Shown: positions 8,163 to 17,689, counted from the first letter of the stretch. The stretch: DNA of 64,000 bases from Planctomycetota bacterium (GCA_965223505.1 CBDCWP010000040.1:128001-192000), one strand, 5' to 3'. Notes: a model not told the origin generated them from the letters alone. Program-made: numbers and translations.

Positions 8163-9496
8163 GATGCGCGTTCCGCACTCTGGCCAGTCACCTGCTCGTA
8201 GCGCTTTACGATCACGTCGCAATAGAGTGGGTCGATCTCCATGAGGAAGGCGCTGCGGCCCGTGCGTTCCGCGCCGATGATCGTGCTGCCGCTCCCGCCG
8301 AACAGGTCGAGCACGTTCTCTCCGGGCAGGGAGCTGTAGGTGATCGCGAGCACGGCCAGTTCGACGGGTTTCTCCGTCAGGTGGACCATGCTCTGCGGGT
8401 TGACCTTCTTGACGGCCCAAAGGTCCGGCACGTTGGGCGGCCCGAAGAACTGGTGCGCCGCCCCTTCCCGCCAGCAGTAGAAGCACCATTCGTGCGCACC
8501 CATGAAGTCCTTACGCGTCAAGACCGGGTGCTGCTTGTCCCAGATGATGGCCTGGGAGAAGTACAGCCCGGCCTCCTTCAGCGCCGCGGGGTAGTTCGCG
8601 CAGTTGGCGTACCCGCCCCAGATGTAGGCGGCGCGACCCGGCAGGAGCGCGCGGGCGGCGTTCGAGAACCACGCGCGCAGCATCTCCGCGAACGCCTCGT
8701 CCGACACGAAGTCGTTCTCCAGCGGCCGGTCCTTGGCTCGCAGCCGCTCGTGCGTTGCGTTGCGCTTGCTCGGGTGGCGCGCAACGTCGAGTCCCTGGTG
8801 GTGCGTCGCGCTGAACGACGAGAGCCCGGCCGCGATGGCATTGTTGCTGCGCGGCTCGACCTTCACGTTGTAGGGCGGGTCGGTGTTCACGAGGTGCACG
8901 GGCGCTCCATCGAGCAGCCGGTCAAGGTCCTCGACGCTGCCGCTGTCGCCGCAGAGCAGCCGGTGGCGCCCCAGGAGCCACAGGTCACCAAGCCTCGTGA
9001 TGGCCTCTTCGGGCGGCTCCGGGACGGCGTCGAGATCCTGGTCCTCCTGCATGGCACGAATCGCCTGTTCGGCTTCGTGGGCGATGCGGCGCATCTCCTT
9101 CTCATCGAAGCCAAGCGTCTGGAACACGTCCGGTGGCAGGGCCTGTAGCTCTTCGGAGAGCCGCACGAAGTCCCACTCGGCGAGCTCGGACGTGCGGTTG
9201 TCGGCAATCGCGTAGCCGCGGGCTTCCGCGCCATCAAGGTCGGTGGTGATGGCCGCGATCTGTTCCCAGCCAAGGTGCTTCGCCGCCGCCAGGGTGCCGT
9301 TGCCGGCGAGCACCGTCCCGTCGGGCGCCACGACGATCGGCTTCTGCTGGCCAAAGCGAGACAGCGAGTTCGCGATGGCCATGAGGTTGCGTTCGTCGTG
9401 CGCGCGCGCGTTGTTCGGATCAAGGCGCAAGTCGGCCGCAGGACGCAAGTGCGCATCGAGGCCAGGAGCATAGCGGGGCACTACCGATGCAACCAT
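8159..9496 (-). CDS. ParB/Srx N-terminal domain + N6/N4 DNA methyltransferase fusion
   Basis: NNARAH...SLSRFGQQKPIVV...LAGNGTL..IADNRTSE (ParB-like); HRLLCGDS; catalytic TDPPY; HLTEKPV; SAM-binding LDLFGGSGST. Confidence 0.93.
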   Translation of the reverse strand: MVASVVPRYAPGLDAHLRPAADLRLDPNNARAHDERNLMAIANSLSRFGQQKPIVVAPDGTVLAGNGTLAAAKHLGWEQIAAITTDLDGAEARGYAIADNRTSELAEWDFVRLSEELQALPPDVFQTLGFDEKEMRRIAHEAEQAIRAMQEDQDLDAVPEPPEEAITRLGDLWLLGRHRLLCGDSGSVEDLDRLLDGAPVHLVNTDPPYNVKVEPRSNNAIAAGLSSFSATHHQGLDVARHPSKRNATHERLRAKDRPLENDFVSDEAFAEMLRAWFSNAARALLPGRAAYIWGGYANCANYPAALKEAGLYFSQAIIWDKQHPVLTRKDFMGAHEWCFYCWREGAAHQFFGPPNVPDLWAVKKVNPQSMVHLTEKPVELAVLAITYSSLPGENVLDLFGGSGSTIIGAERTGRSAFLMEIDPLYCDVIVKRYEQVTGQSAERAS

Positions 9497-9893
9497 GCGT
9501 GAATCCTACTCGCGTAAGCCCAATCCATCCTTACCAAGGACGCACGAACAGCAGCGCGGGTTCGAACGAGTGAAGGACATGAATGATTCGTACGTCGTCC
9601 TTCACTTGGCCGGCTTCGGCTGCAGCGCGCGCACCTGCACCCCTACGCACATCACCGCACCGCTTCACCGCAAGCGCACCGGACGAAGTGAAGGAGTGAG
9701 AATCCGAAGCGCACTTGAAACTCCTCATCGCGCGCGCGCGCACGATGGGACATTGCGATCGTCCTTCACCTCTTTCGCACCCAGGCTCCTGAACACGGCG
9801 CGGCGGCACGTCGCTGCCCCCGGATACCCTGACTAGCCCCGGTGGGGCTAACGCGCCCGAACGGATGAGACTCCTCACTCGGGCAGCTACGGC

Positions 9894-10847
9894 GTGTCGG
9901 AGGTGACGATGGTTGCGAGCAGTGGACGGGCGACGAATCGAAGCGATCGTCAGCGGAAGCGGGACTACTGGCTACATGGAGCACTCGAAGCGGCAGGGCT
10001 ACAGGTGGCAGACAGCGCGTCCACAGCGCTCGAAGGGGCTGTGTCCGAGCTGCTTCTACGGGGTTTCGCTGAAGTCGGACTGGACCGCGGAGAGCGCGGG
10101 CGATTGGAGTCCGTGTTCCGCGCCGCCGCCGAACGACCGGAGGACACGCGCCAGGAGCTATGCCGTGCGGCGATTGAGAGTGCGCGCCGCTGTGCACCGG
10201 GTGACCGACGCAGGGTTGCTCTCGCCGGCGGCTTCGTGGGCCTGCTCGTGCTGTCGCAGCGGAACCACCCAAGGAGGGAGTGGCGCAGGGACGACTTCAG
10301 GAACCTCCAGACCCTGGAGATGTGGACGGATCTGCCGAGCCCGCTCCCGGCTGCAATCTCTGTGATGAAGCGACACCCCGGCGCTGGGGGCTTCAAGACG
10401 ATCGAGGCCGAGGTATGGACGGTGCTCCGGTGCCTGCAAGATCCGTCATGGAAGCGCCCGGATCCGGTGCAGGCGCTGATGGCTGCGGCTCGATCCTCGA
10501 CCGGCGACGTCGAGCCCATGGAGCCGGCGCAGGAAACGCGACACGTCATCGACCTGGATCCGGACGACTTGCAGCATCTGGTCCTGGACGGAGTGCGCCT
10601 GTCCTATGCAAGTGGGCAGCGCGGCGGAGAGCTCACGAAGCGCCACCGAGCCGCAGGGCTTCTGGCAGACATCGCCACGGGCACCGGCCAGGGCCACTAC
10701 TCAAGCAACGCCATACGCGACCTCCGTCGCGCATTGGAACGAGCGTCGGGCAGTAGGCTGACCCTTCGGCGCGAGTCCGCTGGATACGCCTTCACACGCC
10801 CCGTGACGCTGACGAAGAGAGCGCTGGAGGCGTGCCGCCGCACCTAG
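9894..10847 (+). CDS. Hypothetical protein with possible C-terminal winged-helix DNA-binding domain
   Basis: 317-aa ORF; C-terminal AIRDLRRALE...LTLRRESAGYAF resembles an OmpR-type wHTH. Confidence 0.55.
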   Translation: MSEVTMVASSGRATNRSDRQRKRDYWLHGALEAAGLQVADSASTALEGAVSELLLRGFAEVGLDRGERGRLESVFRAAAERPEDTRQELCRAAIESARRCAPGDRRRVALAGGFVGLLVLSQRNHPRREWRRDDFRNLQTLEMWTDLPSPLPAAISVMKRHPGAGGFKTIEAEVWTVLRCLQDPSWKRPDPVQALMAAARSSTGDVEPMEPAQETRHVIDLDPDDLQHLVLDGVRLSYASGQRGGELTKRHRAAGLLADIATGTGQGHYSSNAIRDLRRALERASGSRLTLRRESAGYAFTRPVTLTKRALEACRRT

Positions 10848-10871
10848 GGCCCGCGCCTCACCCTGCCATCG

Positions 10872-10910
10872 ACTGTTCCCAATGGACCAAGTGTTGGAAC
10901 AGTTGGACCA
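10872..10910. promoter_or_regulatory. Operator-like inverted/direct repeat upstream of xis-like gene
   Basis: ACTGTTCC (10872-79) / GGAACAGT (10896-903) inverted repeat; TGGACCA direct repeat at 10883 and 10904. Confidence 0.45.
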
Positions 10911-10966
10911 GTCATCCTTGCCTTCACGGGTGCGCCGATGCACGCGCGCGCCCACGGAGGCATGCA

Positions 10967-11179
10967 ATGACAAACGGCAAGACCTACCCCGATGAGACGC
11001 TGGGTCCGCGTCTCCTCCCGCTGCCGTTGGCCGCGGAGCACCTCTCGATCGGTCTTCGCACGCTCAAGGCCAGGATCGCGGCGGGCTCCATCCCGGTGGT
11101 CCGCGTCTCGCCCGGGCGCGTGGCCATCGACCCGCGCGACCTGGACGCGTACATCACCGCGCAGCGAACGAAGGCGTAG
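10967..11179 (+). CDS. Excisionase-like MerR-type HTH protein
   Basis: 70 aa, GGAGG RBS; LLPLPLAAEHLSIGLRTLKARIAAGSIPVVRVSPGRVAIDPRDLDAYI. Confidence 0.85.
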   Translation: MTNGKTYPDETLGPRLLPLPLAAEHLSIGLRTLKARIAAGSIPVVRVSPGRVAIDPRDLDAYITAQRTKA

Positions 11180-11228
11180 GGGAGCCCATGTCCGATTGCT
11201 TTCTCACCTTCCGCGTGGAGCCCAAGTT

Positions 11229-12002
11229 GTGACTTGGCTCAAGCTCGACATCGGAATCATAGACAATCCCGTCTGGCGCGATGGTCTCGGCCTTCGGCTC
11301 TGGCTCTGGCTTCTCTGCCGCGCAAAGAGCTCGCACCCAGAGGGCGTCGTCCGGTTCAGCTACCCGGTGGTAGCCAATCAACTCGAGTTCAATGACGGGC
11401 ACCGGCTGTGCCGACCCAATCGACAGTCTCTGCGTCGAGCACTCAGGCGACTGGTCCGCGATGGAAGAGTCGTGGTCGATGAGTGGCGTCAGGGTCCGGA
11501 GCAGGCACGCATCCAGGGAGGCTCCCAGGGCTACGTCACCGTAAGGCTCTGTAACTGGGAGACTTATCAGAGTCCACGGGCTCGAACGGAACAAGGGGGC
11601 GACGCAGGGGCCGCGCCAGGGGTGCATGACTCCCGCACGAACGGGCGATACACCAAGAAGAGAGAGACAGAGAAGAGACAGAAGAATTCTGGTGTTGCGA
11701 TCAGGCGGGTGGCTCAGAAGCGATCGTCTCGCGAGCAACTGGCACATGACCTAGCGAAGCGACTGGGGAGCAGCATCGCACCCTGCCGTCAGCAGATCCA
11801 GGCGCTGCTCTCGGAGGGCTGGACCGAGGACCGCGTTCGCGCCGCGGTGGAAGAGTTCGGCACGGCAGGCCTCTCTCCTTGGGACTGGACGCGCCGTGCC
11901 AAGGGCATGGCCGGCGGTCCCGGAGGTCGCGGGAAGCTCACTCCCCGCGACCTGCTCTCACTTGCCGAGCGCGCAAGGGAGATCGACGGCGATGAAGCGT
12001 AG
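11229..12002 (+). CDS. Phage replication initiator / replisome organiser-like protein
   Basis: TWLKLD...LRLWLWLLCRAK...SLRRALRRL...VTVRLCNWETYQ followed by a low-complexity linker. Confidence 0.7.
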   Translation: MTWLKLDIGIIDNPVWRDGLGLRLWLWLLCRAKSSHPEGVVRFSYPVVANQLEFNDGHRLCRPNRQSLRRALRRLVRDGRVVVDEWRQGPEQARIQGGSQGYVTVRLCNWETYQSPRARTEQGGDAGAAPGVHDSRTNGRYTKKRETEKRQKNSGVAIRRVAQKRSSREQLAHDLAKRLGSSIAPCRQQIQALLSEGWTEDRVRAAVEEFGTAGLSPWDWTRRAKGMAGGPGGRGKLTPRDLLSLAERAREIDGDEA

Positions 12003-12573
12003 CGAAACGATCGCATGCCTTGCCCGCCCCGCGGCCGCATACAGCAAGGAGATCGCGGAGGAGGCTGTGGCGGTCTGGCACGACGCCCTCGGTGACCTTG
12101 AGTACGAAGAGGTCGATCAGGCAATGAGATACCACATAGCTACGTCTCCTTGGTTCCCGGCCCCCGCGAGCATTCGCCAGATTGTCTTCGAGCGCCGCGC
12201 GGACCTGCCGTCCATCGAGGAGGGCGTCGCTCGGATCATGGGACTCGTAGCTGAGGGGCACGAAGCACGGCGCTCGCTCGGACCGGTCCTCGACAGCGTG
12301 ATCGATTCCATCGGATGGTGGCGCCTCACGAGCAGCACCGACACGACGACGCTTCGCGCCCAAGTGCGAAACGCCTATGCGGAAGCCCGCGAACAAGCCG
12401 TCCGCGAACTCAACTGTGCTAGCGCCGGGTTGGCCCTTCCGCCCGGCAGAAGGGACGCCGACCCCCGGCTGGGGCGTCTGGCATCGGCAAGAGAGATCCT
12501 GCGCCCCGTGCTCGAGGAGTTCGCGGATCAGCCGCAGGCGAGCGGCAGGGAGGAGGAGGAAGATGTGGGGTAG
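11992..12573 (+). CDS. Replicative helicase loader/inhibitor (G39P-like)
   Basis: AVAVWHDALGDLEYEEVDQAMRYHIATSPWFPAPASIR; follows the replication initiator. Confidence 0.72.
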   Translation: MKRSETIACLARPAAAYSKEIAEEAVAVWHDALGDLEYEEVDQAMRYHIATSPWFPAPASIRQIVFERRADLPSIEEGVARIMGLVAEGHEARRSLGPVLDSVIDSIGWWRLTSSTDTTTLRAQVRNAYAEAREQAVRELNCASAGLALPPGRRDADPRLGRLASAREILRPVLEEFADQPQASGREEEEDVG

Positions 12574-12808
12574 CAAACGCGGCATGTTCCGCCTCCGGCC
12601 CACCCTTCGGACGTGCTTCACGAATGGGAATCGCACCCGGGATCGAATCAGGGTGGCCCTTGGGGGCCATCCAGCCGCAACTGCTCCCGCACTCGTGGCC
12701 CTTCGCGTAGGCACGGCGGATCCAAGCCAACAACAAGTGGATGTCGGGCCGGAAGAGAGCCCTTGTGTGTCCCGACGGCGGGAATCGGCCCGCCGGAAGG
12801 AGACCGAG

Positions 12809-12994
12809 ATGACCAAGCTGACATTCAGCGACGGCGAGACGTTCGACACGTCGGGGCCGCTCCGCATCGAGCGCCGACGTGACGGCCTGTACGTCCTGGG
12901 CGAAGGGCTGCTGTGCGCGTGCGACACGCGAGAGGAAGCCGAGGAACTGCTACGCGAGTTCAAGGGCCACCGCGACAAGAAGGGCGGTGAGTGA
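12809..12994 (+). CDS. Small hypothetical protein (61 aa)
   Basis: AAGGAG RBS; stop overlaps the next ATG. Confidence 0.65.
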   Translation: MTKLTFSDGETFDTSGPLRIERRRDGLYVLGEGLLCACDTREEAEELLREFKGHRDKKGGE

Positions 12995-13254
12995 TGGCCG
13001 CGAAGAAGAAGGCGACGAAACGCAAGGCCGCGAAGAAGCGCGCAGGAAAGCGCAAGGCCAAGGCACAGACCATCGAGCGCACGTTCAAGGGCAAGAAGCA
13101 CGTCGTGACCGTGACGGCCGACGGCTTCACCTACAGGGGTTCGACGTACCGTTCGCTCACAGCGATCGCCAAGAAGATCACGGGCTACAAGTCGGTCAGC
13201 GGCCCGCGCTTCTTCGGAACCGACGGCGGCGGCAGGAAAGGCGGTCGAGCGTGA
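12994..13254 (+). CDS. DUF2924-like protein (short, Lys-rich N-terminus)
   Basis: IERTFKGKKHVVTVTADGFTYRGSTYRSLTAIAKKITG..SGPRFFG. Confidence 0.85.
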   Translation: MAAKKKATKRKAAKKRAGKRKAKAQTIERTFKGKKHVVTVTADGFTYRGSTYRSLTAIAKKITGYKSVSGPRFFGTDGGGRKGGRA

Positions 13255-13727
13255 CCGCATCCGCCACCGAGGGCCTCGCTGCCAGCATTCGCGCACTCGG
13301 CGAGCTGAGCGTGCCCGATCTGAGGCGTCGCTTCGAGCAAGTCTGCGCGCGCCCAACGCGCTCGGACAACCGCGAGCACCTGACCCGAACGATCGCGCAG
13401 ACGCTGTGCGACGCCGACCCGCCCAGTGACCGCAACGCTCGCCGCCGCGTCGCACGCGCGCTCGAAGCGGCGCTGCGTCCCCGGAAGGGACCGGAAGCAC
13501 GCTCGGCTGATCCCCGCATCCCGCCCGCCGGCAGCATCCTCCGACGCCGCTACCGAGGGCGCGAAATCCAGGTTCGGATCAGCCGCAGGGGCTTCGTCTA
13601 CGAGGGCCAGACGTACAGCTCGCTCACGGCCGTCGCGCACGCCGTCACCGGCGCCCATTGGAACGGCTTGATCTTCTTCGGCCTAACCGAACGGAAGCGT
13701 GGTCCGGCCGGAAGGAGGCAATCGTGA
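13251..13727 (+). CDS. DUF2924-like protein (full length)
   Basis: LSVPDLRRRF...DPRIPPAGSILRRRYRGREIQV...GFVYEGQTYSSLTAVAHAVTGAHWNGLIFFGL. Confidence 0.88.
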   Translation: MTASATEGLAASIRALGELSVPDLRRRFEQVCARPTRSDNREHLTRTIAQTLCDADPPSDRNARRRVARALEAALRPRKGPEARSADPRIPPAGSILRRRYRGREIQVRISRRGFVYEGQTYSSLTAVAHAVTGAHWNGLIFFGLTERKRGPAGRRQS

Positions 13728-14806
13728 GCCTCTACAAGCCGAAGCGCCGCGATCGTCACGGCGTGCTTCGCCCCTGCGGCGTGTGGTGGACGGACGTCGT
13801 GGTTGCCGGGACGCGCTACCGCCGCTCGCTCGGGGTACGCGACAAGCACGCCGCGCAGGTTCTCGAAGCAGAGCTGATCCGCAAGCTCGAGCTCGAAGCC
13901 GCGGGCCTGCCGGTTGAGAACGGAACGGCCGACGCCAAACCCTCCGTGCTGATCGGAGAGTACGAGCGCGAGCTGCAGCGTCGCCGCTGCTCCGTCGTGC
14001 ACGTCCGCAAGTCCATCCAACGCGCCGAGGTCCTTCTCAATGGATCCAAGCGGCTGGCGGACGTCACACCCGCGAAGATCCGTGGCGCCCTGGATCGGCT
14101 CTCCTTGGGAGAGGCGTCACCACGAACGGTGAACGCCTACCGCCTCGCGCTCTCGGGCTTCTTCAACTGGCTGGTACGCGAGGGACGCTGGCCGACCAAC
14201 CCGGTCAGGCAAGTCGCGGCAGTGAAGGTCAACGGCGCGACACGCATGCGCCGTGCTCTTACGGAGCGGGAACTCGCCCGTCTTCTCGACGCCGCTCCGT
14301 CCGCTCGGGCGCTTGTCTACCGCGTGGCCGCCACGACCGGGTTGAGGCGCGGAGAACTCGCAGCACTGACCTGGGCCGACATCGACCTGGACGCAGCAAC
14401 GCTTCGGGTGCGGGCCTCGACGTCGAAGAACCGACGTGATGCCACGCAGCCCCTCCCCGACGGAACGGTGGTCGCTCTCGCGACGGCCTGCGGCGAACGC
14501 CAGATACCTAGCTCACGGGTGTTCGCCTCGATCCCGATGATGCCCACCTTTCGCAACGACCTCGATGCCGCCAACATCCCCTACGAGTCGGAAGAAGGGG
14601 TGGCCGACTTCCACGCCCTGCGTGTCACCTACGCGACCATGTTGGCGCGGGCGGGCGTCTCGCTGGTCCAGGCCCAACGGTTGATGCGCCACTCCGATCC
14701 GAAGCTGACGGCCAACATCTACACGAGGTTGCAGCTCGATGACGCGCACGCCGCGGTGGCGCGGATCGACCTCTGCACGAAGCGGCCGGGTCGCGTCACC
14801 AACTAG
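13724..14806 (+). CDS. Tyrosine recombinase / integrase
   Basis: AAGGAGG RBS; N-terminal arm-binding-like region; catalytic TGLRRGEL, SKN, FHALR, MRHSD, IY. Confidence 0.95.
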   Translation: MSLYKPKRRDRHGVLRPCGVWWTDVVVAGTRYRRSLGVRDKHAAQVLEAELIRKLELEAAGLPVENGTADAKPSVLIGEYERELQRRRCSVVHVRKSIQRAEVLLNGSKRLADVTPAKIRGALDRLSLGEASPRTVNAYRLALSGFFNWLVREGRWPTNPVRQVAAVKVNGATRMRRALTERELARLLDAAPSARALVYRVAATTGLRRGELAALTWADIDLDAATLRVRASTSKNRRDATQPLPDGTVVALATACGERQIPSSRVFASIPMMPTFRNDLDAANIPYESEEGVADFHALRVTYATMLARAGVSLVQAQRLMRHSDPKLTANIYTRLQLDDAHAAVARIDLCTKRPGRVTN

Positions 14807-14940
14807 ACACCCCCCGCAGAACGGTGGCTTCCGGGCCGGGGCCCGCCAGCCGTAGGGGCCTCTCGCCGGGTGACGGCGCGGCTCAAGACGGCCTCACGCG
14901 CCACCGAACTACCTGACGGTAGGGGAGGTAAGCTGACAGC

Positions 14941-16119
14941 ATGCCGAGGAGCGTGCCCGCGCCCGTGAACCCCGACGTGCTCGTGTGGGCGCGAGAGTCC
15001 GCGCGTTGGAGCCGCGAGCTCATGGCTAAGGCCATTGGCGTGGATGTCGCGAAGGTGACGTCGTGGGAATCGGGTGACGCGACGCCGACGTTGGCGCAGC
15101 TTCGCGCGTTCGCCAAGAAGTGTAAGCGGCCGTTATCGGTGCTCATGCTCGATGAACCGCCTCGCGACTACATGCCCCTTGAAGACTACCGGTCGATTGC
15201 CGGGACTGCCGTCACAGCTGATGCTCCCGCCCTCGCCTATCAGGTCCGGCTCGCGTGGGAGAGACGAGAGACTGCTCTCGACTTGTACGACGATCTCGGC
15301 GAGCGCCCCCCCGATTTCGGTGTAGAGGCGACGCGTAGATCGAAACCGGACACCCTGGCTGCGCGGCTCAGAGACCGACTGGGCACTCCCATCGAAGCTC
15401 AGATGAAGGCGAGAACCGCAGCTGACGCGCTCCGTATGTGGCGCTCCGCTTTCGAAGCGGCAGGTGTGCTTGTCTTTCAGGCACCGCGCTTGAGCGAAAA
15501 CGCAATGCGGGGGTTTTCTATCGGCGAGCACCCACTGCCGGTGATCGTGTTGAACAGCAAGGACGCAATCGTGGGGAAGATCTTCACGCTGTTTCACGAA
15601 CTGGCGCATGTGGCACTGCGACATGGCGGCGTGTGCGACCTCGAACCACGCCACCTCTCACCGGAGAAACGCAACGTCGAGGTGTACTGCAACCAAGTCG
15701 CCGCCTCCGCGCTCATGCCAGCCGAGGTCTTCCTCGGCCAGCACATCGTCGTTAGAAACGAAGGCCATATGGAGTGGTCGAACGGCGACGTCACGGCCCT
15801 TGCACGACGATTCAACGTCAGCAGAGAGGCCGCACTACGGCGCCTGTTGACATTCGGAAGAACGACGGAGCGCCACTACAAAGCAATGCGTGCCGCTTTT
15901 GCCGATGAGTACGAGCGAGTGCCCACGACCGAGCCGCTACGAATCCCGCAGGACATCATGGCCATCAGCAGAAACGGGAGGGCGTACTCGCAGCTCGTGA
16001 TCGCCGCCTATGACGCCAACGCAATTACAGCAGCCGACGCGTCAGACTTCTTGGGCGCCAAGCCCAAGTACATCGCGAAGATCCGGGATCGAGCGTTCTC
16101 CGCGGCGGGAACCGCTTGA
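14941..16119 (+). CDS. XRE-HTH + ImmA/IrrE family Zn metallopeptidase
   Basis: VNPDVLVWARE...WESGDATPTLAQL (HTH); FTLFHELAH; EVYCNQVAASALMP; FNVSREA. Confidence 0.93.
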   Translation: MPRSVPAPVNPDVLVWARESARWSRELMAKAIGVDVAKVTSWESGDATPTLAQLRAFAKKCKRPLSVLMLDEPPRDYMPLEDYRSIAGTAVTADAPALAYQVRLAWERRETALDLYDDLGERPPDFGVEATRRSKPDTLAARLRDRLGTPIEAQMKARTAADALRMWRSAFEAAGVLVFQAPRLSENAMRGFSIGEHPLPVIVLNSKDAIVGKIFTLFHELAHVALRHGGVCDLEPRHLSPEKRNVEVYCNQVAASALMPAEVFLGQHIVVRNEGHMEWSNGDVTALARRFNVSREAALRRLLTFGRTTERHYKAMRAAFADEYERVPTTEPLRIPQDIMAISRNGRAYSQLVIAAYDANAITAADASDFLGAKPKYIAKIRDRAFSAAGTA

Positions 16120-16583
16120 AATACGTCGTTGACACGAGTGCGCTGACGTTCGGGTGGAACACGGTGTACCCGCCGGAGAGGTTTCCCACGCTTTGGGCCC
16201 GGATGGAACGCGCGATTCGGGACGGCGCGCTTCGCAGCAGCCGCGAAGTAAAAGAGGAACTCCAGAAGAAGGACGACGATCTGTTGGCCTGGGCAAAGCA
16301 ACAAGACGACTTCTTCATCGAGACGAACGCGGATATCTACAACCGAAGCCGAGAGATCGTGAATGACTTCCGAGGTCTGACGAAGAAGGCCAGGGGGCGA
16401 CGCCCCGCCGATCCGTTCCTAGTCGCCATCGGCGAGATACATGGGTGCGCAGTCGTCTCGGCAGAGGGCCGATCGGCCTCGGACGATCGCCTCAACGCGA
16501 GGATCCCGAATGTCTGCGACGCGCTCGGCGTGGAGTTCATGACGTTGCCTGAAGTGATCGTCGCGGAAGGCTGGACGTTCTAG
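16116..16583 (+). CDS. PIN-domain protein (DUF4411-like), putative toxin
   Basis: YVVDTSAL, YPPERFPTLW, EVKEEL, ADPFLVA, VVSAE, IPNVC; overlaps the upstream stop. Confidence 0.88.
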   Translation: MKYVVDTSALTFGWNTVYPPERFPTLWARMERAIRDGALRSSREVKEELQKKDDDLLAWAKQQDDFFIETNADIYNRSREIVNDFRGLTKKARGRRPADPFLVAIGEIHGCAVVSAEGRSASDDRLNARIPNVCDALGVEFMTLPEVIVAEGWTF

Positions 16584-16761
16584 ACGCTCCGCAGCGCGGG
16601 CTGGTGACTTCGCGATGAGCGACGCGGGGGATGAGGCATCAACCTCGCCAGCATCTAGACGGAACTTCGTTCGGCTCGACCGCGAGTGCTGCGCCTGCTG
16701 CACGCCGCGCCGAATGGCGCCGGATCAACGGATACCCACTTCGGTGTGGGCCGCCCACTCG

Positions 16762-16812
16762 CAGAGAGCCGGTTTGGGGAGATGCTTGACGTGCCGGCGC
16801 CACGACCTCGCC
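16762..16812 (+). repeat. 51-bp direct repeat, copy 1
   Basis: CAGAGAGCCGGTTTGGGGAGATGCTTGACGTGCCGGCGCCACGACCTCGCC; one mismatch to the copy at 19427. Confidence 0.95.
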
Positions 16813-16897
16813 ACAGCGAAGATCCCTTACGAGACCTCTGGGGCATGGCCAGGTCCGCCGAAGGCCAGAATACGGCAGGCTGCTACGATCCGGCGCC

Positions 16898-17689
16898 ATG
16901 GACGCCATCGACCGGAAGAAACAGCAGACGGATCTAGTTGTGGGCTTGGGACATCTGCTGCGTCCGCTGCGAGGTATCGCCGTGGAAGGCAAGACGCAGG
17001 CCGAGATCGCCAACGCGTGTCGGGAATTCAATGCAGACCTGAAGGACTACCGCCGAGCGGCCGACGCATTCGCAGAGGAGTACGAAGTAGAGCGCATTAG
17101 CATCACCAGAGCGCTCAACTTGCTGGCGAATCAGCTCGGTCACCACCGGGACAAGCCCGATTCACTGGCGCGAGAGTTGGACACCGCGCAGGCAGCCGTG
17201 ACGGACGCGCTGCTGCGCGTACCGCTAGAGGTCCCCTCTCTCGTTGTAGGTGAACTGTCGCCGTTTCGCGCATACCTGACGCTCAAGACGCTGTTCAGCG
17301 CAGCGCGCACGCGGGTCATGTGCACGGACCCGTATATGGACCGCACCATCTTCCACCGCTACGTCGCCGACGTGGACCCCAACGCCGCTGTGTTGCTGGT
17401 CACTACGAACAAGGGTGGCCGAGGCGCCAATCGGCTAAGGGAGGTGGTGGACGTGGCGCGCCTGTACGCCGCCGAGCGCTCGCCCACTGCATTCACGCTG
17501 GTTCAGGCCGCGAGCGCGCACGACCGGCATCTCGTGTGCGACAACGAAGCCCACCATCTGGGCGGATCGCTGAAGGACGCCGCCGCGAAGGACCACTACA
17601 GCATCACGCCGCACGACCTCACCGATGCGGAGAACGCGATCCAGACGCTGGTGGCCGGTGGCACCACGTTGATCGCGCCGCCCCCGTAG
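16898..17689 (+). CDS. Helical N-terminus + PLD-superfamily-like (HDR variant) nuclease domain
   Basis: C-terminal half VMCTDPY...HDRHLVCD...HHLGGSLKD resembles MIT_C/PLD-like nuclease folds. Confidence 0.7.
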   Translation: MDAIDRKKQQTDLVVGLGHLLRPLRGIAVEGKTQAEIANACREFNADLKDYRRAADAFAEEYEVERISITRALNLLANQLGHHRDKPDSLARELDTAQAAVTDALLRVPLEVPSLVVGELSPFRAYLTLKTLFSAARTRVMCTDPYMDRTIFHRYVADVDPNAAVLLVTTNKGGRGANRLREVVDVARLYAAERSPTAFTLVQAASAHDRHLVCDNEAHHLGGSLKDAAAKDHYSITPHDLTDAENAIQTLVAGGTTLIAPPP

